Part shown: piece by piece, positions 25,856-35,150 of the stretch
Numbering within the stretch: the stretch's first letter is position 1
Layout of the letters: every line of letters starts with the position of its first letter
From: Bacteriovoracaceae bacterium
Lineage (GTDB): Bacteria; Bdellovibrionota; Bacteriovoracia; Bacteriovoracales; Bacteriovoracaceae
Reading direction: 5' to 3'
NCBI GenBank assembly: GCA_049599895.1
Contig: JBMYPC010000013.1
Location: forward strand, 1-35,150
Length of the DNA: 35,150 nucleotides
The notes under the pieces: generated by a model
Told to the model about the DNA's origin: nothing
Databases searched by the model: none
What the model saw: the letters and a program-made list of their open reading frames with translations, nothing else
Position numbers and translations under genes: made by a program

Positions 25856-25889
25856 TCGGGGTGTGTAAAAGCATCCCGATTTTACTTCT
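25856..25889 (+). terminator. Intrinsic terminator after the capsid gene
   Basis: TCGGGGTGT/GCATCCCGA stem followed by TTTTACTTCT. Confidence 0.75.
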
Positions 25890-25901
25890 CTTGGGGGAAT
25901 T

Positions 25902-26147
25902 ATGATTAAAACAATTAAAGCAAAATCTAAAAGCCTTCTTATGGCAAAAATTGAAGAATTAAAAGAAACTCACACTGTGAAAATTATTAAAAAGCACGGT
26001 CAAACAGAAGTAGTTAACGAGAACACAAAAGAAACTGCTCCGACTAAACTTGGAAAAGAAGGTTTATTTGAACACGGCTGGAATATCTGCGCTGTTGTTG
26101 AAGTTGAAGATCTTAAAACTAAAAAAACAAAAAAAGTAGAAGCTTAA
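25902..26147 (+). CDS. Hypothetical head-associated protein
   Basis: 81-aa ORF with a GGGGG RBS. Confidence 0.6.
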   Translation: MIKTIKAKSKSLLMAKIEELKETHTVKIIKKHGQTEVVNENTKETAPTKLGKEGLFEHGWNICAVVEVEDLKTKKTKKVEA

Positions 26148-26148
26148 T

Positions 26149-26970
26149 ATGAAAAAAGGCTTTTCGGTACTACATTTTAATGGAACAACTTATCAAGATA
26201 ACAGTCTAGCGGCTGGTGATTTTGGTGGTGTTTCTTTTGATTCAACTTTGTTAATAGCAAGTGAATTGCTTGTGGGATTGTATAAGCCTTTTAGATTCTT
26301 TTACGTGGAAATAAAAACACCGCATACAGTTAACGCAAATATATCTTTTGAGTATTTCGATAGTGAATCAAACGATTGGAAAGAATTAAGTGTCTTGGAT
26401 GAAACGCTTGGTTTAACTCAGTCGGGATTTGTTCAATTAGTTAACCTTCCTGAAAGTTGGATAAATAACGAAGTTGATTCACTTTCAAAATACTGGATAA
26501 GAATAAAAACTGATACTGACTTGGATTTGTTAGAAGTTCAAGGCCTGGGGATTGTTTTTTCAAATGATGCTGATCTTATTGAAGAAAAATCTGACATTGT
26601 TACAGATGATAATCGTGGAAAATCTTGGATCTTAAAGCATCAAGCAGCAAGAAAAGACATTGTTAGAATTGTTAGATCTTGGTCAAACAAAAAAACAGAA
26701 GATGAAATCAAGTTTGAAGATATAAATGAATATGATCTAAGGCTTGATCAAGTTAGAAATGCTTCTAAGTATTTAACTCTTTCTAAAATTTATAAGAATG
26801 ATCTTTCAGGATCTAATGAAGATTCTTATTTTCATTCAGCAATAGGTTTTCAAAAGAACTCCAATGAATCATTAAGACAAGATCTTATTTCAATTGACTT
26901 AAACGATGATGGAATTGAAGATGCTAATGAAGATTCTCCTGTAGTCATTTCATCAGGTAAAATCTTATGA
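26149..26970 (+). CDS. Head-tail adaptor-like protein with an extra N-terminal domain
   Basis: Position; C-terminal helical region ending in IDLNDDGIED. Confidence 0.5.
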   Translation: MKKGFSVLHFNGTTYQDNSLAAGDFGGVSFDSTLLIASELLVGLYKPFRFFYVEIKTPHTVNANISFEYFDSESNDWKELSVLDETLGLTQSGFVQLVNLPESWINNEVDSLSKYWIRIKTDTDLDLLEVQGLGIVFSNDADLIEEKSDIVTDDNRGKSWILKHQAARKDIVRIVRSWSNKKTEDEIKFEDINEYDLRLDQVRNASKYLTLSKIYKNDLSGSNEDSYFHSAIGFQKNSNESLRQDLISIDLNDDGIEDANEDSPVVISSGKIL

Positions 26971-27398
26971 GCGATATGACTCTTCAAATATCTGATCAGT
27001 TAAGAGCTACATTGGCCTTAAGGCTTCCTGATTATATTCAGCTTAAAAATGAAACTGAAATTGATAAAAATTCTGATAAGACTCTTGACAAGGGTTTCGC
27101 TGTTGAAGCTGGAAATATCGGGGCTGCTCCTACTCATAATGGAAGCCTGACATTTATTCAAAGTTTTACTTTCACACTTACACAAAAGTTTAATGGCACT
27201 GAAAACGTAGAAGCAATTAAGGCTGATCTTTTTGAAGCGGCCATTGAACAACTTAAATATTTTACAAATACAAAAATTGCTGGTCTTAGTGGTATTCGTT
27301 CAGTGGAACAGCTTCAAGCAATGGAATCTGTATTCATCAAAGAAAGCGTAATAGCAGTAAGAACAACTCTTCCAGTAATATTTTCTACGAGGTTTTAA
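26967..27398 (+). CDS. Tail completion/terminator-like protein
   Basis: 143 aa directly before the tail tube gene. Confidence 0.5.
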   Translation: MSDMTLQISDQLRATLALRLPDYIQLKNETEIDKNSDKTLDKGFAVEAGNIGAAPTHNGSLTFIQSFTFTLTQKFNGTENVEAIKADLFEAAIEQLKYFTNTKIAGLSGIRSVEQLQAMESVFIKESVIAVRTTLPVIFSTRF

Positions 27399-28580
27399 AT
27401 GGTTAATTTAGTAATTAAGAATGAATCAAGTGTTTCAGTTTCTCAGGAAGCGACCTATGGAACTTATGTTGCACCTGTTGATGGTACTTCATATCTAGAA
27501 GTCGGTGATTCAATTAACGTGCCTAGTTCGGGAAGAGAAGCAATCGAATCTAATAACTTAACTTCTACAGTTGAGGGAACAGCTTCAAGACTTGGAAAGG
27601 CTTCAGTTTCAGGTGAAATTCCAATGGATCTAAAAGCTGGTTCTAATGAAGGTGATGTAGCTCCTTGTGATGTACTTCTAAATTCTGCGATGGGTGGTAG
27701 AACTCAGTTTACAACTGAAGTAACAACAAAAACTGGTCATACTGTTTCTCAATTAGAAATTGAAGATGCTGATATTTCAAAATTTACTGTTAATCATCCA
27801 ATACTAGTTAAAGAAGCTGGTAACTTTCAAATCAGAATTGTTACTGCGATTGACTCAACAGGTGGTGCAGCTAACATTACAATCTTTCCTGATCTTGAAG
27901 CGATTCCAGCGGATAACGTAGTAATTGGAAAATCTACAGTTTACTTTCTTGATTCAAAACTAGCTAAGTCATTCTCTCAAGAGTTTAACTTAGGTGGAAA
28001 ACTTAAACATGAATTTGCTGGACTACAAGCTTCATCATTTTCAATTGCTGATTGGACTACAGGAACAACACCAAAGATTAATTTTAATTTTGAAGGTGCA
28101 GAAATAGCGACTCCAACTGTTGCAGCTCCAAGTTATTCACCAGTATTTCCAACTTCAGAAGTTCCAACAATCCTAAGAGCACAAGCATGGATTAATGATA
28201 AGTCAGTTCATTATAACGAATTATCTTTAGGCCTGGAGTCAAACTTAGGTGAAGCACCTTCAGCAGCTAAAAAATCTGGTGTACTTAAAAAATCAATTGT
28301 TAAGCAGCTTGTAAGTGGAAAGATCAATCCTTATATGGATGGTGATAATACTGATATGTTTGAAATGTATAACCTTAACGAAGATTTCTCTTTGTTCTCA
28401 TACACTTTCAATCCGACTGCGACTGAAGGTGAATTTAAAGAAGCTGTTGTTCTTTGGATTCCACAGGCGAAAATGACTGAAAATCCAGCCGAAGAAGTAA
28501 ATGGAAATATGACTGATGGTGTAGTTTTTAAAGCTCATAGAGATCTTGGAAATGACACAGTATTTTTAGGATTCATGTAA
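27399..28580 (+). CDS. Major tail tube protein
   Basis: N-terminal QEATYGT motif, 393 aa, upstream of the chaperones and tape measure. Confidence 0.75.
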   Translation: MVNLVIKNESSVSVSQEATYGTYVAPVDGTSYLEVGDSINVPSSGREAIESNNLTSTVEGTASRLGKASVSGEIPMDLKAGSNEGDVAPCDVLLNSAMGGRTQFTTEVTTKTGHTVSQLEIEDADISKFTVNHPILVKEAGNFQIRIVTAIDSTGGAANITIFPDLEAIPADNVVIGKSTVYFLDSKLAKSFSQEFNLGGKLKHEFAGLQASSFSIADWTTGTTPKINFNFEGAEIATPTVAAPSYSPVFPTSEVPTILRAQAWINDKSVHYNELSLGLESNLGEAPSAAKKSGVLKKSIVKQLVSGKINPYMDGDNTDMFEMYNLNEDFSLFSYTFNPTATEGEFKEAVVLWIPQAKMTENPAEEVNGNMTDGVVFKAHRDLGNDTVFLGFM

Positions 28581-28999
28581 TGGCCAAGATTTTACGTCTG
28601 ACAGATACAATCAAACTTGGGGTGGAAGAAGTAACTTTTCACCTCAGGCCATTATCGAAAGAACAGAAAGAAGAAATATCTAACTGTATAACGATGGTGG
28701 AAGGTGAACCAAGTATTGACGTTGCTAAAAGTAACTCTCTTTATTTAAAATTTGCCTTGAAAGATATTGAAGGTGTGGAAGGCTTTGACGGTGAACCTTA
28801 TGTTCTTACTAAAAATGAACAAGGTCTATTAACTGATGAATGTATTGAAGAAGTTCTTCAGCTTAATCATCGTGAAAAGTTAGTAATGGCCGCATACCAA
28901 ATGTTAGAAACAATTCCTGATGAGTTTATTCATTCGGTAACTGGTGAACCTCTAGGGGTTTCGGTGGGCGTGAACGAGGGCCTGATCAGAGAGAATTAA
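28580..28999 (+). CDS. Tail assembly chaperone (G-like)
   Basis: Position between the tube and tape measure genes; FHLRPLS motif. Confidence 0.65.
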   Translation: MAKILRLTDTIKLGVEEVTFHLRPLSKEQKEEISNCITMVEGEPSIDVAKSNSLYLKFALKDIEGVEGFDGEPYVLTKNEQGLLTDECIEEVLQLNHREKLVMAAYQMLETIPDEFIHSVTGEPLGVSVGVNEGLIREN

Positions 29000-29007
29000 T
29001 CGACCTT

Positions 29008-29412
29008 ATGACTCTTATTAAGTTTCATATAGGAAAGATTTCAGGTGTTACACCTTTTGAACAGGCCCACATAATCGCAACAATTTTAGCGCATAAGTTT
29101 GGTGAAAGATTTAACTGTTCTCTTTGTAAAAAGAAATATTCTAAGTCTGAACAGATTTGGGAAATACAGAAGAAAAGAAAAGGCTGCGTTATACCTCTAG
29201 AAAATGGTGAATTAGTGAACTCAGGTGGGCTTCAATTCGAGTTTAAAAAATGCGCTGGTAACTTCTACAGCTTTGGAGTTCAGCATCTAGTTGATCTCTA
29301 TCATAAATATCAGAAAAACATTTTTGCGTATGAAGGCACTTATCTAGAACAGCCAGCTAAATATATTGAACTCATGGAATATATCGGGAAAGAATTAGGT
29401 GAAGGTCAATAA
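29008..29412 (+). CDS. Tail assembly chaperone (T-like), Cys-containing
   Basis: Position; YEGTYLEQPAKYIELM motif. Confidence 0.6.
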   Translation: MTLIKFHIGKISGVTPFEQAHIIATILAHKFGERFNCSLCKKKYSKSEQIWEIQKKRKGCVIPLENGELVNSGGLQFEFKKCAGNFYSFGVQHLVDLYHKYQKNIFAYEGTYLEQPAKYIELMEYIGKELGEGQ

Positions 29413-31682
29413 TGAGTAATATAGCAATTGAATTAACTATTGAAGAAAAGCAAGCTCTAAAGGCACTTACTTCATTACAGAAAAAAACTAAAGAATATGA
29501 AACTGTTTCAACTAAGTCTTTTAAGAAGTCTAGTTTGGCTTTTGATGTTTTCGCTGGAACTCTAGTTTCAAATTTAGCGATTAATGGCCTTAGTGCAATA
29601 GCTGATAAAACTCGTGAAGCTTACGAGGAAATGAAAGAGTTTAATAAACGCTTAATCGAGATTGAAACGATTATGCCAAAAGGTCAAAAGGTAACTAAAG
29701 AACTTAAAAATGAGCTTCTTCAATTATCTTCCACTTTCGCAGTTGGCCCACAAAAACAAGCACAAGCTTACTACCAGATTATATCTTCAGGAACTACAGA
29801 CACAGCAAAAGCGACTGAACTCTTAACGGCTGCAAATACTGTAGCTCTAGGTGGGATTGCTGATCTTGGTGGTTCAATTAATGTCTTAACTGATATTATG
29901 AATATTTATGGTCATGAAAATATCACAGCAAATGAAGCCGCTGATGCACTTTTTCAAACCGTAAAACTTGGTAAGACTGACATTTCACAATTATCCGCTA
30001 ACATGGCACAAGTTTTACCATCGGCCAATGAATTAGGAATTAGTTTAGATGTTGTTGGGGCTTCACTTGCAACAATGACAGCTCAAGGTTTAACGACTTC
30101 AGAAAGAACAACACAATTAAGTGCGCTTTTAAATGGTGTCGCTAAAAATGGAACTCTACTTGGAAAGTCTCTAGACGGTGCAGCTCTTAGAACGAAAGGG
30201 CTTTCACAATGGCTTCAAGACCTAAAAGCTAAAACAGGTGGTTCAAGTGCTGAACTGTTTAAGCTCTTTGGAAGAACTGAAGCTGTAAAGGCCGTATTAG
30301 CTCTTACCGCTAAAGATATGAAGTCGCTTAATGGCAACATTGAAAAGTATGAAGAGAAGGCTGGGGCCGCTGGAAAAGCTTCTGATTTAATGAAAAAATC
30401 ATTAGACTTTCAAACAAAACAAGCTGAACAAAATATAAAAAATCTTATTACAGCGTTATCAGGTGAAGCCGGATTAGAAGCGGCTTTAGTTGGATCTCTA
30501 GAATTATTTAATAAGCTCTTTGAAGTTATAGAAAAAGCTGGATCTGATGAATTAAAAGCAACAAATAAAATTAAACAACTAACGGCTTCAATCAATAATT
30601 ATAAATTTGCAATAGAACAGGCTAAGAAGTCTGGAAGAAGTGAAGTTTTAATTAATCAACTGAAAGAAAAGATCGCTCTAGAGCAAAAAGAATTAGAGAT
30701 CATTCAAGCTAAGAAAGTTGAAGAAGATAAAAAGAAAGAAGAAAAAAATGATAAAGGTGGTGGGCTTGATCCTAGAGTCGAACAAGAATTAAGAGTTCAA
30801 GAAGAGTTAGCTTTAATAAAAGAAGAAGCTGCGATTAAGCGTCAAGAGCTGGAGATCTTAGAAAGAGAAGCAAAAGGTGAACAAACTGAAGCTGATCTCG
30901 TAGCGTTAAGAGAACTTGAAAATAGAAAAATTGAAATTGAGGCAGAGACTAAAATTAGAAAAACTGAATCAATAAAAGACTCTAATCAAAAAGAGATTGA
31001 ATTAGAGAAAATTAAAGAACTTAAAAAGCACAAACTTGTTGAAGCGCAAAGAAAAGCCGAAATAAAGGCACTTAAAAACTTTACTAAAGTAAAAAATCAA
31101 GTTGAAGATTCGCACTATAAAGCGAAAATGGGTTTAGCTCAAGCTTCTGGTGATGCCATTATAGCTTTAACGGGTGATAATCAATTAGCAGCACTAGCGT
31201 TACAAAAGGCTTTTGCAGTTAAGGAAGTATTTATTCAGGCATCTAAAGCAAGGATTGCCGCAGAAGCCGCAGCCGCAGCCGTTGCAGCAGCATCGGGGCC
31301 AGCAGCTCCAGCGACTTTTGCAGCAACTAAAACGGCAATGTTTGCAGATATTGAAGCAACCAAGTATATGTCTCTTGGTATGATTGCTGCACAATCTGTT
31401 GCTTCAATAGCTCGCTTTGAAACTGGTGGTGTAATTGGTGATGGGAACACTTCAGGTGATACAACTTTAGTAAGAGCGAATAAAAAAGAACGTGTTTTAA
31501 CTGATGAACAAAATCAAGGTTTTGAAAAGTTAGTTGATCATGCTGTTAATGGAAGCGGTGGGAATCTTGACATAGCACTTCTGATTGATGCCATTAACTC
31601 AAGACCAGTAATCGTTCAAATAGACGGTCAAGAAATTGCAAGAAGTGTTCAAAATCAAATCTTAGACGGTATGGAGTTATAA
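29412..31682 (+). CDS. Tape measure protein (TP901-like core)
   Basis: AYYQIISSG, QTVKLGKT and LGISLD motifs; Ala-rich helical; C-terminal FETGGVIG...ERVLT. Confidence 0.88.
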   Translation: MSNIAIELTIEEKQALKALTSLQKKTKEYETVSTKSFKKSSLAFDVFAGTLVSNLAINGLSAIADKTREAYEEMKEFNKRLIEIETIMPKGQKVTKELKNELLQLSSTFAVGPQKQAQAYYQIISSGTTDTAKATELLTAANTVALGGIADLGGSINVLTDIMNIYGHENITANEAADALFQTVKLGKTDISQLSANMAQVLPSANELGISLDVVGASLATMTAQGLTTSERTTQLSALLNGVAKNGTLLGKSLDGAALRTKGLSQWLQDLKAKTGGSSAELFKLFGRTEAVKAVLALTAKDMKSLNGNIEKYEEKAGAAGKASDLMKKSLDFQTKQAEQNIKNLITALSGEAGLEAALVGSLELFNKLFEVIEKAGSDELKATNKIKQLTASINNYKFAIEQAKKSGRSEVLINQLKEKIALEQKELEIIQAKKVEEDKKKEEKNDKGGGLDPRVEQELRVQEELALIKEEAAIKRQELEILEREAKGEQTEADLVALRELENRKIEIEAETKIRKTESIKDSNQKEIELEKIKELKKHKLVEAQRKAEIKALKNFTKVKNQVEDSHYKAKMGLAQASGDAIIALTGDNQLAALALQKAFAVKEVFIQASKARIAAEAAAAAVAAASGPAAPATFAATKTAMFADIEATKYMSLGMIAAQSVASIARFETGGVIGDGNTSGDTTLVRANKKERVLTDEQNQGFEKLVDHAVNGSGGNLDIALLIDAINSRPVIVQIDGQEIARSVQNQILDGMEL

Positions 31683-32471
31683 GTGGAAGAATTTGAAAAT
31701 ATACTGATGTTTACAGATAACTTAGTTATTAAGCCTGAAACGAAAATTACTTCTGATCATATAGATGCGTTTTATCCTAGTGTGAACCTGAAGCATCCCC
31801 ACAGTTCGAAAGTTTTTAGATCCCCTGAAGGTGAAGCAAGTTCAGCCGTTGAATTCGATTTTATCTACGCAAGAAATGTTTCTTCAATTCTGGTTAAGGG
31901 TTCAATTTGGAACGGTCTTGGTTTTTCTGGATCACTCACGATTAAAGCAAGTAATAATAACACCGATTGGGAAAATCCATTATTCACAACTACATTAACA
32001 CCTAATCATCAATTCGGATTTGGGGCTTCAATCTTTCCAGTTAAATCTTATCGCTATTGGAGAATTGAAGGATCTGGTTCAACTTATTTTGAATTAGGAA
32101 ATATCTTTATAGGTGATAAGGTTTATTTTGAAGATGTGAATTTTAACCTTGGCTGGAATAAATCGATAAAAGATCTTTCTAAGACAAAGAAGAATGATTA
32201 CGGTCAAACATTTAGCGATAAAAGAAATAAGATTGCACAATATTCAGGGAAGTTTGATCTTTTAAATATTTCCGATGCTGAAAAACTAGAAGATGTTTTT
32301 GCTGAACTTGGAACAACTGAACCTTTTTGGATGATACTGAATCACACTAACGTAATCCAAACTGACTTTGAAAGACATTCTGGACAGTTTAAGCTTAGGT
32401 CAATCCCGAAAAAAACCAATAATCATTTTCAATTTTACTCAATGCCTATTTCACTGGATGAAAATGTCTAA
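31683..32471 (+). CDS. Distal tail-like protein
   Basis: Directly after the tape measure gene; SYRYWRI...YFELGNIFIG motif. Confidence 0.6.
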   Translation: MEEFENILMFTDNLVIKPETKITSDHIDAFYPSVNLKHPHSSKVFRSPEGEASSAVEFDFIYARNVSSILVKGSIWNGLGFSGSLTIKASNNNTDWENPLFTTTLTPNHQFGFGASIFPVKSYRYWRIEGSGSTYFELGNIFIGDKVYFEDVNFNLGWNKSIKDLSKTKKNDYGQTFSDKRNKIAQYSGKFDLLNISDAEKLEDVFAELGTTEPFWMILNHTNVIQTDFERHSGQFKLRSIPKKTNNHFQFYSMPISLDENV

Positions 32472-32919
32472 GATAATTTGTAAAAAATTAAAAACTGATC
32501 CAATTATTCAGCCGATTTCTTTAGTCAAAAGATCGAACGTGAAAGTAATTCGGATTCACCTTTTGAAATGTTTAAACCCTTCAGGAGTTTTATCGCTTAA
32601 AGTTAAGCATGATGGGATTGTTCTCAGTAGTGCTACTTTAACCAGCTTAGAAATAGAAGAAAAGTCTGATGTAATAACAGAGCTTAACTATTCTAAAGGT
32701 TTCATTAGTTTTGAATTTCCTGAAGTTCTTTCACTTAATAAAGGTGATTATGAATTAGAACTTTCTGCTTCAGGATATACTTACCAGGCCACAAAATATT
32801 TTGCTTGGATTTCTGACTTCGAGAACATCAAAAACAATATTGAAGCTAATTTGAATTTTAAACAGCTTCCATTTTCTTTTGAGGTTTTCAGCTATGAACA
32901 AGGAAGTATTAAATTTTGA
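32464..32919 (+). CDS. Tail-associated hypothetical protein
   Basis: Track ORF 32368-32919. The ATG at 32464 overlapping the upstream stop is the likelier start. Confidence 0.6.
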   Translation: MSKIICKKLKTDPIIQPISLVKRSNVKVIRIHLLKCLNPSGVLSLKVKHDGIVLSSATLTSLEIEEKSDVITELNYSKGFISFEFPEVLSLNKGDYELELSASGYTYQATKYFAWISDFENIKNNIEANLNFKQLPFSFEVFSYEQGSIKF

Positions 32920-33562
32920 CGATTCAATAATCTCTGAAACTCTTCCTTCTGAAGATGTGCTTTTGGAGGGAAGAGTCGAAAATCTAGAAATAGAAAATTC
33001 CAATCAACAAACTTCCATAAATTCAAACACAAGCTTAATAGATACAAATAAAAATCTTCAAGATGATATACAGAATGAGCTAACTGAACATAAAGAAGCC
33101 TATGCTGATGATTTTGTTTCAGACTCAATTGCAAATATTCAACTTATGCCAAGAAAGGCCGGTAGAAGATATTATGCGACCGATGAAAAATTATTTTATG
33201 GTGATGATGGAGTTGATGTCATTAGTGTCGGCGGTGGTGCAGGGCTTGGAACAGTTAACGAGCAAGATACAGTTACGCTTTCCTTACCTGATGATGGTGG
33301 TTTGCATAAAATCAGACTTGCACCTGTAGCGTCACAAACTCTTTCAACTACACCTTTTGGATCTGATGACTCAAGCTTTTTAGATGGGATGCTTGTTACT
33401 TTAATCGGTACTAGCGACACAAATACAACAACAATAGAGCATAATGACATCGATTACGGTTGTATTCTCAACGGTAACATCACGCTTTCAAAATTTGCAA
33501 TTATAACACTTGCTTACGATTTAACCTTTAAAAGATTCATTGAGGTATCACGAAATGTTTAA
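32894..33562 (+). CDS. Tail fibre-proximal/structural protein
   Basis: Track ORF 32879-33562; the ATG at 32894 has a GAGG RBS. Coiled coil, GGGAG hinge and C-terminal FIEVSRN. Confidence 0.6.
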   Translation: MNKEVLNFDDSIISETLPSEDVLLEGRVENLEIENSNQQTSINSNTSLIDTNKNLQDDIQNELTEHKEAYADDFVSDSIANIQLMPRKAGRRYYATDEKLFYGDDGVDVISVGGGAGLGTVNEQDTVTLSLPDDGGLHKIRLAPVASQTLSTTPFGSDDSSFLDGMLVTLIGTSDTNTTTIEHNDIDYGCILNGNITLSKFAIITLAYDLTFKRFIEVSRNV

Positions 33563-35150
33563 ATTTAAAAACTTATTTATTTTTACAATTATTTTTTCAG
33601 TGTTTGCCTTTGGGCCTAATACAAAAAAAGCGATTGATATTATTAACTCAACACTTTCGACAAGCTTTGAAATATCAGGGGTCGAGAAAGGTTTGTTTAA
33701 TGGTGTTTGGAACTACTTAGACTCTGACAACACGATGAAGGAAGCCGGTGCAAAATACGGTACGTCTTTCACTTATAAAGGTTTCTCGGAATACAATAGT
33801 GCAAGTGTTTGGGAAAATGGTAACGATACAACTTTTGGAAGTGGTACAGGCGGTGCAGCGGTCACAAAAGTAACGACAGGTGAGACTTTCGGGCAAAGCT
33901 CGGCTTATCTTGTTTCGGGTGCTGTACTTAATGACTGGGTTTCTATCTCTTTCAATGCAAGCGGTGTTGATGAACTTAACGAAATTTCTTTTAAATATTC
34001 AGTAGCGACTACTGGTCACTGGGAAATGCGAGTTACTTGTGATGCACCTATTATAGATGCAAGTAATGACGATGCGACTTTATGGAGTGATAGAAATAAA
34101 GGAAGGGCTACTTATACAAACGTAGCAAGCAATACAATTTGTATCATGGGCTTTCAGTGCGTAAGCGCAGTTTGTGATGATATTCGATTTAATAATATGT
34201 CTGTTTCTTCGCAAGTTGATTCAAGGGTTAATTTGATTGAGCAGGAAGGGACTATTTTCGATTTCAAAGCAGGGTTTGGGTCAGTTAATACTTTAGTTCC
34301 GTATTTCACTAACGTAAGAAGCGACACATCAGGTAATATATATAAGTATGTAAATAACTCCACAGATGGTTTGGTTTTTACAGCGTTAAGAGATGCTGTA
34401 ATTACTATGACTTTTACATCAAAAGGGTCAAATGCGCTTTCTAGATATGCAACCATTACAAAAAACCTACCCTTTCCTATTACTGCTCCAGGGTCTTCTT
34501 ATCGAAACACGGATAACATAATTGTAAACGATTACATTTATGACGGAGCAGGGGCAGTTACTCCTACAGCGTCCGCATCTTTTGAGATAAAGGCAGGAGA
34601 CACTTGGCAGCCACATAATGACTTTGCAGACTCTTATAAAAATTCTGACGTTAGGGTTGCATTAACCGCCACAGCCCTATCCGAAAAAGTCTCACACGCA
34701 ACAGATACGAGTGATGTTGATATTGTTGTAGAGGCATCGGGGAATAGCGAAACGTCTATTACTGATGGTGTAACACCTTTAGATTTTATAGAAGTAAAGG
34801 ACACTGTGGGTGCTTGGGATGGTACGGTTTTTACAGTTCCAGAAGACGGTGATTACAAGTTTATGGGAATGTTCAATATTTCTTCTAACTTAGGAAGGTG
34901 GGCAACCTTGTTTGTGGATAGCGGATCAGGCTACGTTGCAAAAAAAGCTGTGACCGAACCTACTGTGGCAAACATTCATGTAATTTCGGGTTCAATATTC
35001 TTGAATAAGGGGAATAAAGTTCAGCTAAGATTACAGGGGGGAAATGCAGTCTTGGTTAATAGTTCTCAATATCACCACCTTTCAATCACCAAACAAAAAA
35101 GCAACGCTGGGTATGTGGTTGTGCCTACGGAAGAGAATGAGATTCAGGAG
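33555..35150 (+). CDS. N-terminal part of an 801-aa fibre/adhesin-like protein with a signal-peptide-like N-terminus and a C1q-like domain (continues to 865)
   Basis: Hand translation is open from ATG 33555 (GAGG RBS) to the window end: MFKFKNLFIFTIIFSVFAFG... and AWDGTVFTVPEDGDYKF...GSIFLNKGNKVQLR. The track misses it because there is no stop codon in the window. Confidence 0.8.
   Translation, partial: MFKFKNLFIFTIIFSVFAFGPNTKKAIDIINSTLSTSFEISGVEKGLFNGVWNYLDSDNTMKEAGAKYGTSFTYKGFSEYNSASVWENGNDTTFGSGTGGAAVTKVTTGETFGQSSAYLVSGAVLNDWVSISFNASGVDELNEISFKYSVATTGHWEMRVTCDAPIIDASNDDATLWSDRNKGRATYTNVASNTICIMGFQCVSAVCDDIRFNNMSVSSQVDSRVNLIEQEGTIFDFKAGFGSVNTLVPYFTNVRSDTSGNIYKYVNNSTDGLVFTALRDAVITMTFTSKGSNALSRYATITKNLPFPITAPGSSYRNTDNIIVNDYIYDGAGAVTPTASASFEIKAGDTWQPHNDFADSYKNSDVRVALTATALSEKVSHATDTSDVDIVVEASGNSETSITDGVTPLDFIEVKDTVGAWDGTVFTVPEDGDYKFMGMFNISSNLGRWATLFVDSGSGYVAKKAVTEPTVANIHVISGSIFLNKGNKVQLRLQGGNAVLVNSSQYHHLSITKQKSNAGYVVVPTEENEIQE
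35096..35150. repeat. Terminal direct repeat (55 bp), copy 2
   Basis: Identical to bases 1-55. Confidence 0.95.

Larger units (their letters stand above)
1..35150. mobile_element. Complete temperate siphovirus-like phage genome (excised/circular form)
   Basis: Terminal overlap, intact attP, int, repressor switch, and packaging, head, tail and lysis genes. Confidence 0.92.

Noticed and set aside
223..34456. Short antisense or nested ORFs in the track (e.g. 223-429, 2186-2371, 10090-10278, 19510-19764, 24593-24871, 31235-31450, 33102-33329, 34154-34456)
   Set aside because: They are shadows of longer, well-supported genes and lack family motifs.
1..35150. CRISPR array, diversity-generating retroelement, retron, alternative genetic code
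   Set aside because: I saw no regularly spaced repeat-spacer units, no reverse transcriptase and no TR/VR pair. Long genes are intact under the standard code, and all three stop codons are used.

Overview
The window is very likely a complete, circularly permuted temperate tailed-phage genome of about 35,095 bp. Bases 1-55 are repeated exactly at 35096-35150, and one ORF reads through the junction. The sequence looks AT-rich (GC not computed) and has a siphovirus-like gene set. Modules, almost all on the + strand: (1) tail tip and fibres (31683-4352, wrapping); (2) small membrane/lipoprotein lysis-accessory cluster (4388-5536); (3) accessory/immunity island with a catalytically degenerate matrixin-like lipoprotein and XRE regulators, then a cI/cro-like switch (5600-8200); (4) early recombination genes including a RecE/ExoVIII-like nuclease; (5) a tyrosine integrase followed by attP, whose 26-nt core equals a tRNA 3' end and is flanked by arm-type repeats; (6) a middle region with a DUF559-like nuclease, an XRE protein, a GH25 endolysin, a Fis-type HTH and a truncated sigma-like protein; (7) NUMOD4-HNH, terS, terL, portal, scaffold, capsid and tail genes. 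I recognised no replication initiator, helicase or polymerase. The most notable unexplained signals are: two intergenic segments of about 180-210 nt that fold by eye into multibranched, pseudoknotted RNAs, each directly upstream of a nuclease gene (one shows three loop-displayed ANGGAU motifs); a four-copy 18-bp palindrome controlling the accessory island; a repeated late-promoter motif; and an 801-aa fibre-position protein with an apparent signal peptide. The host cannot be determined from sequence alone, and a Bdellovibrionota-like host is only an inference. All family assignments come from motif recognition by eye, not database searches.
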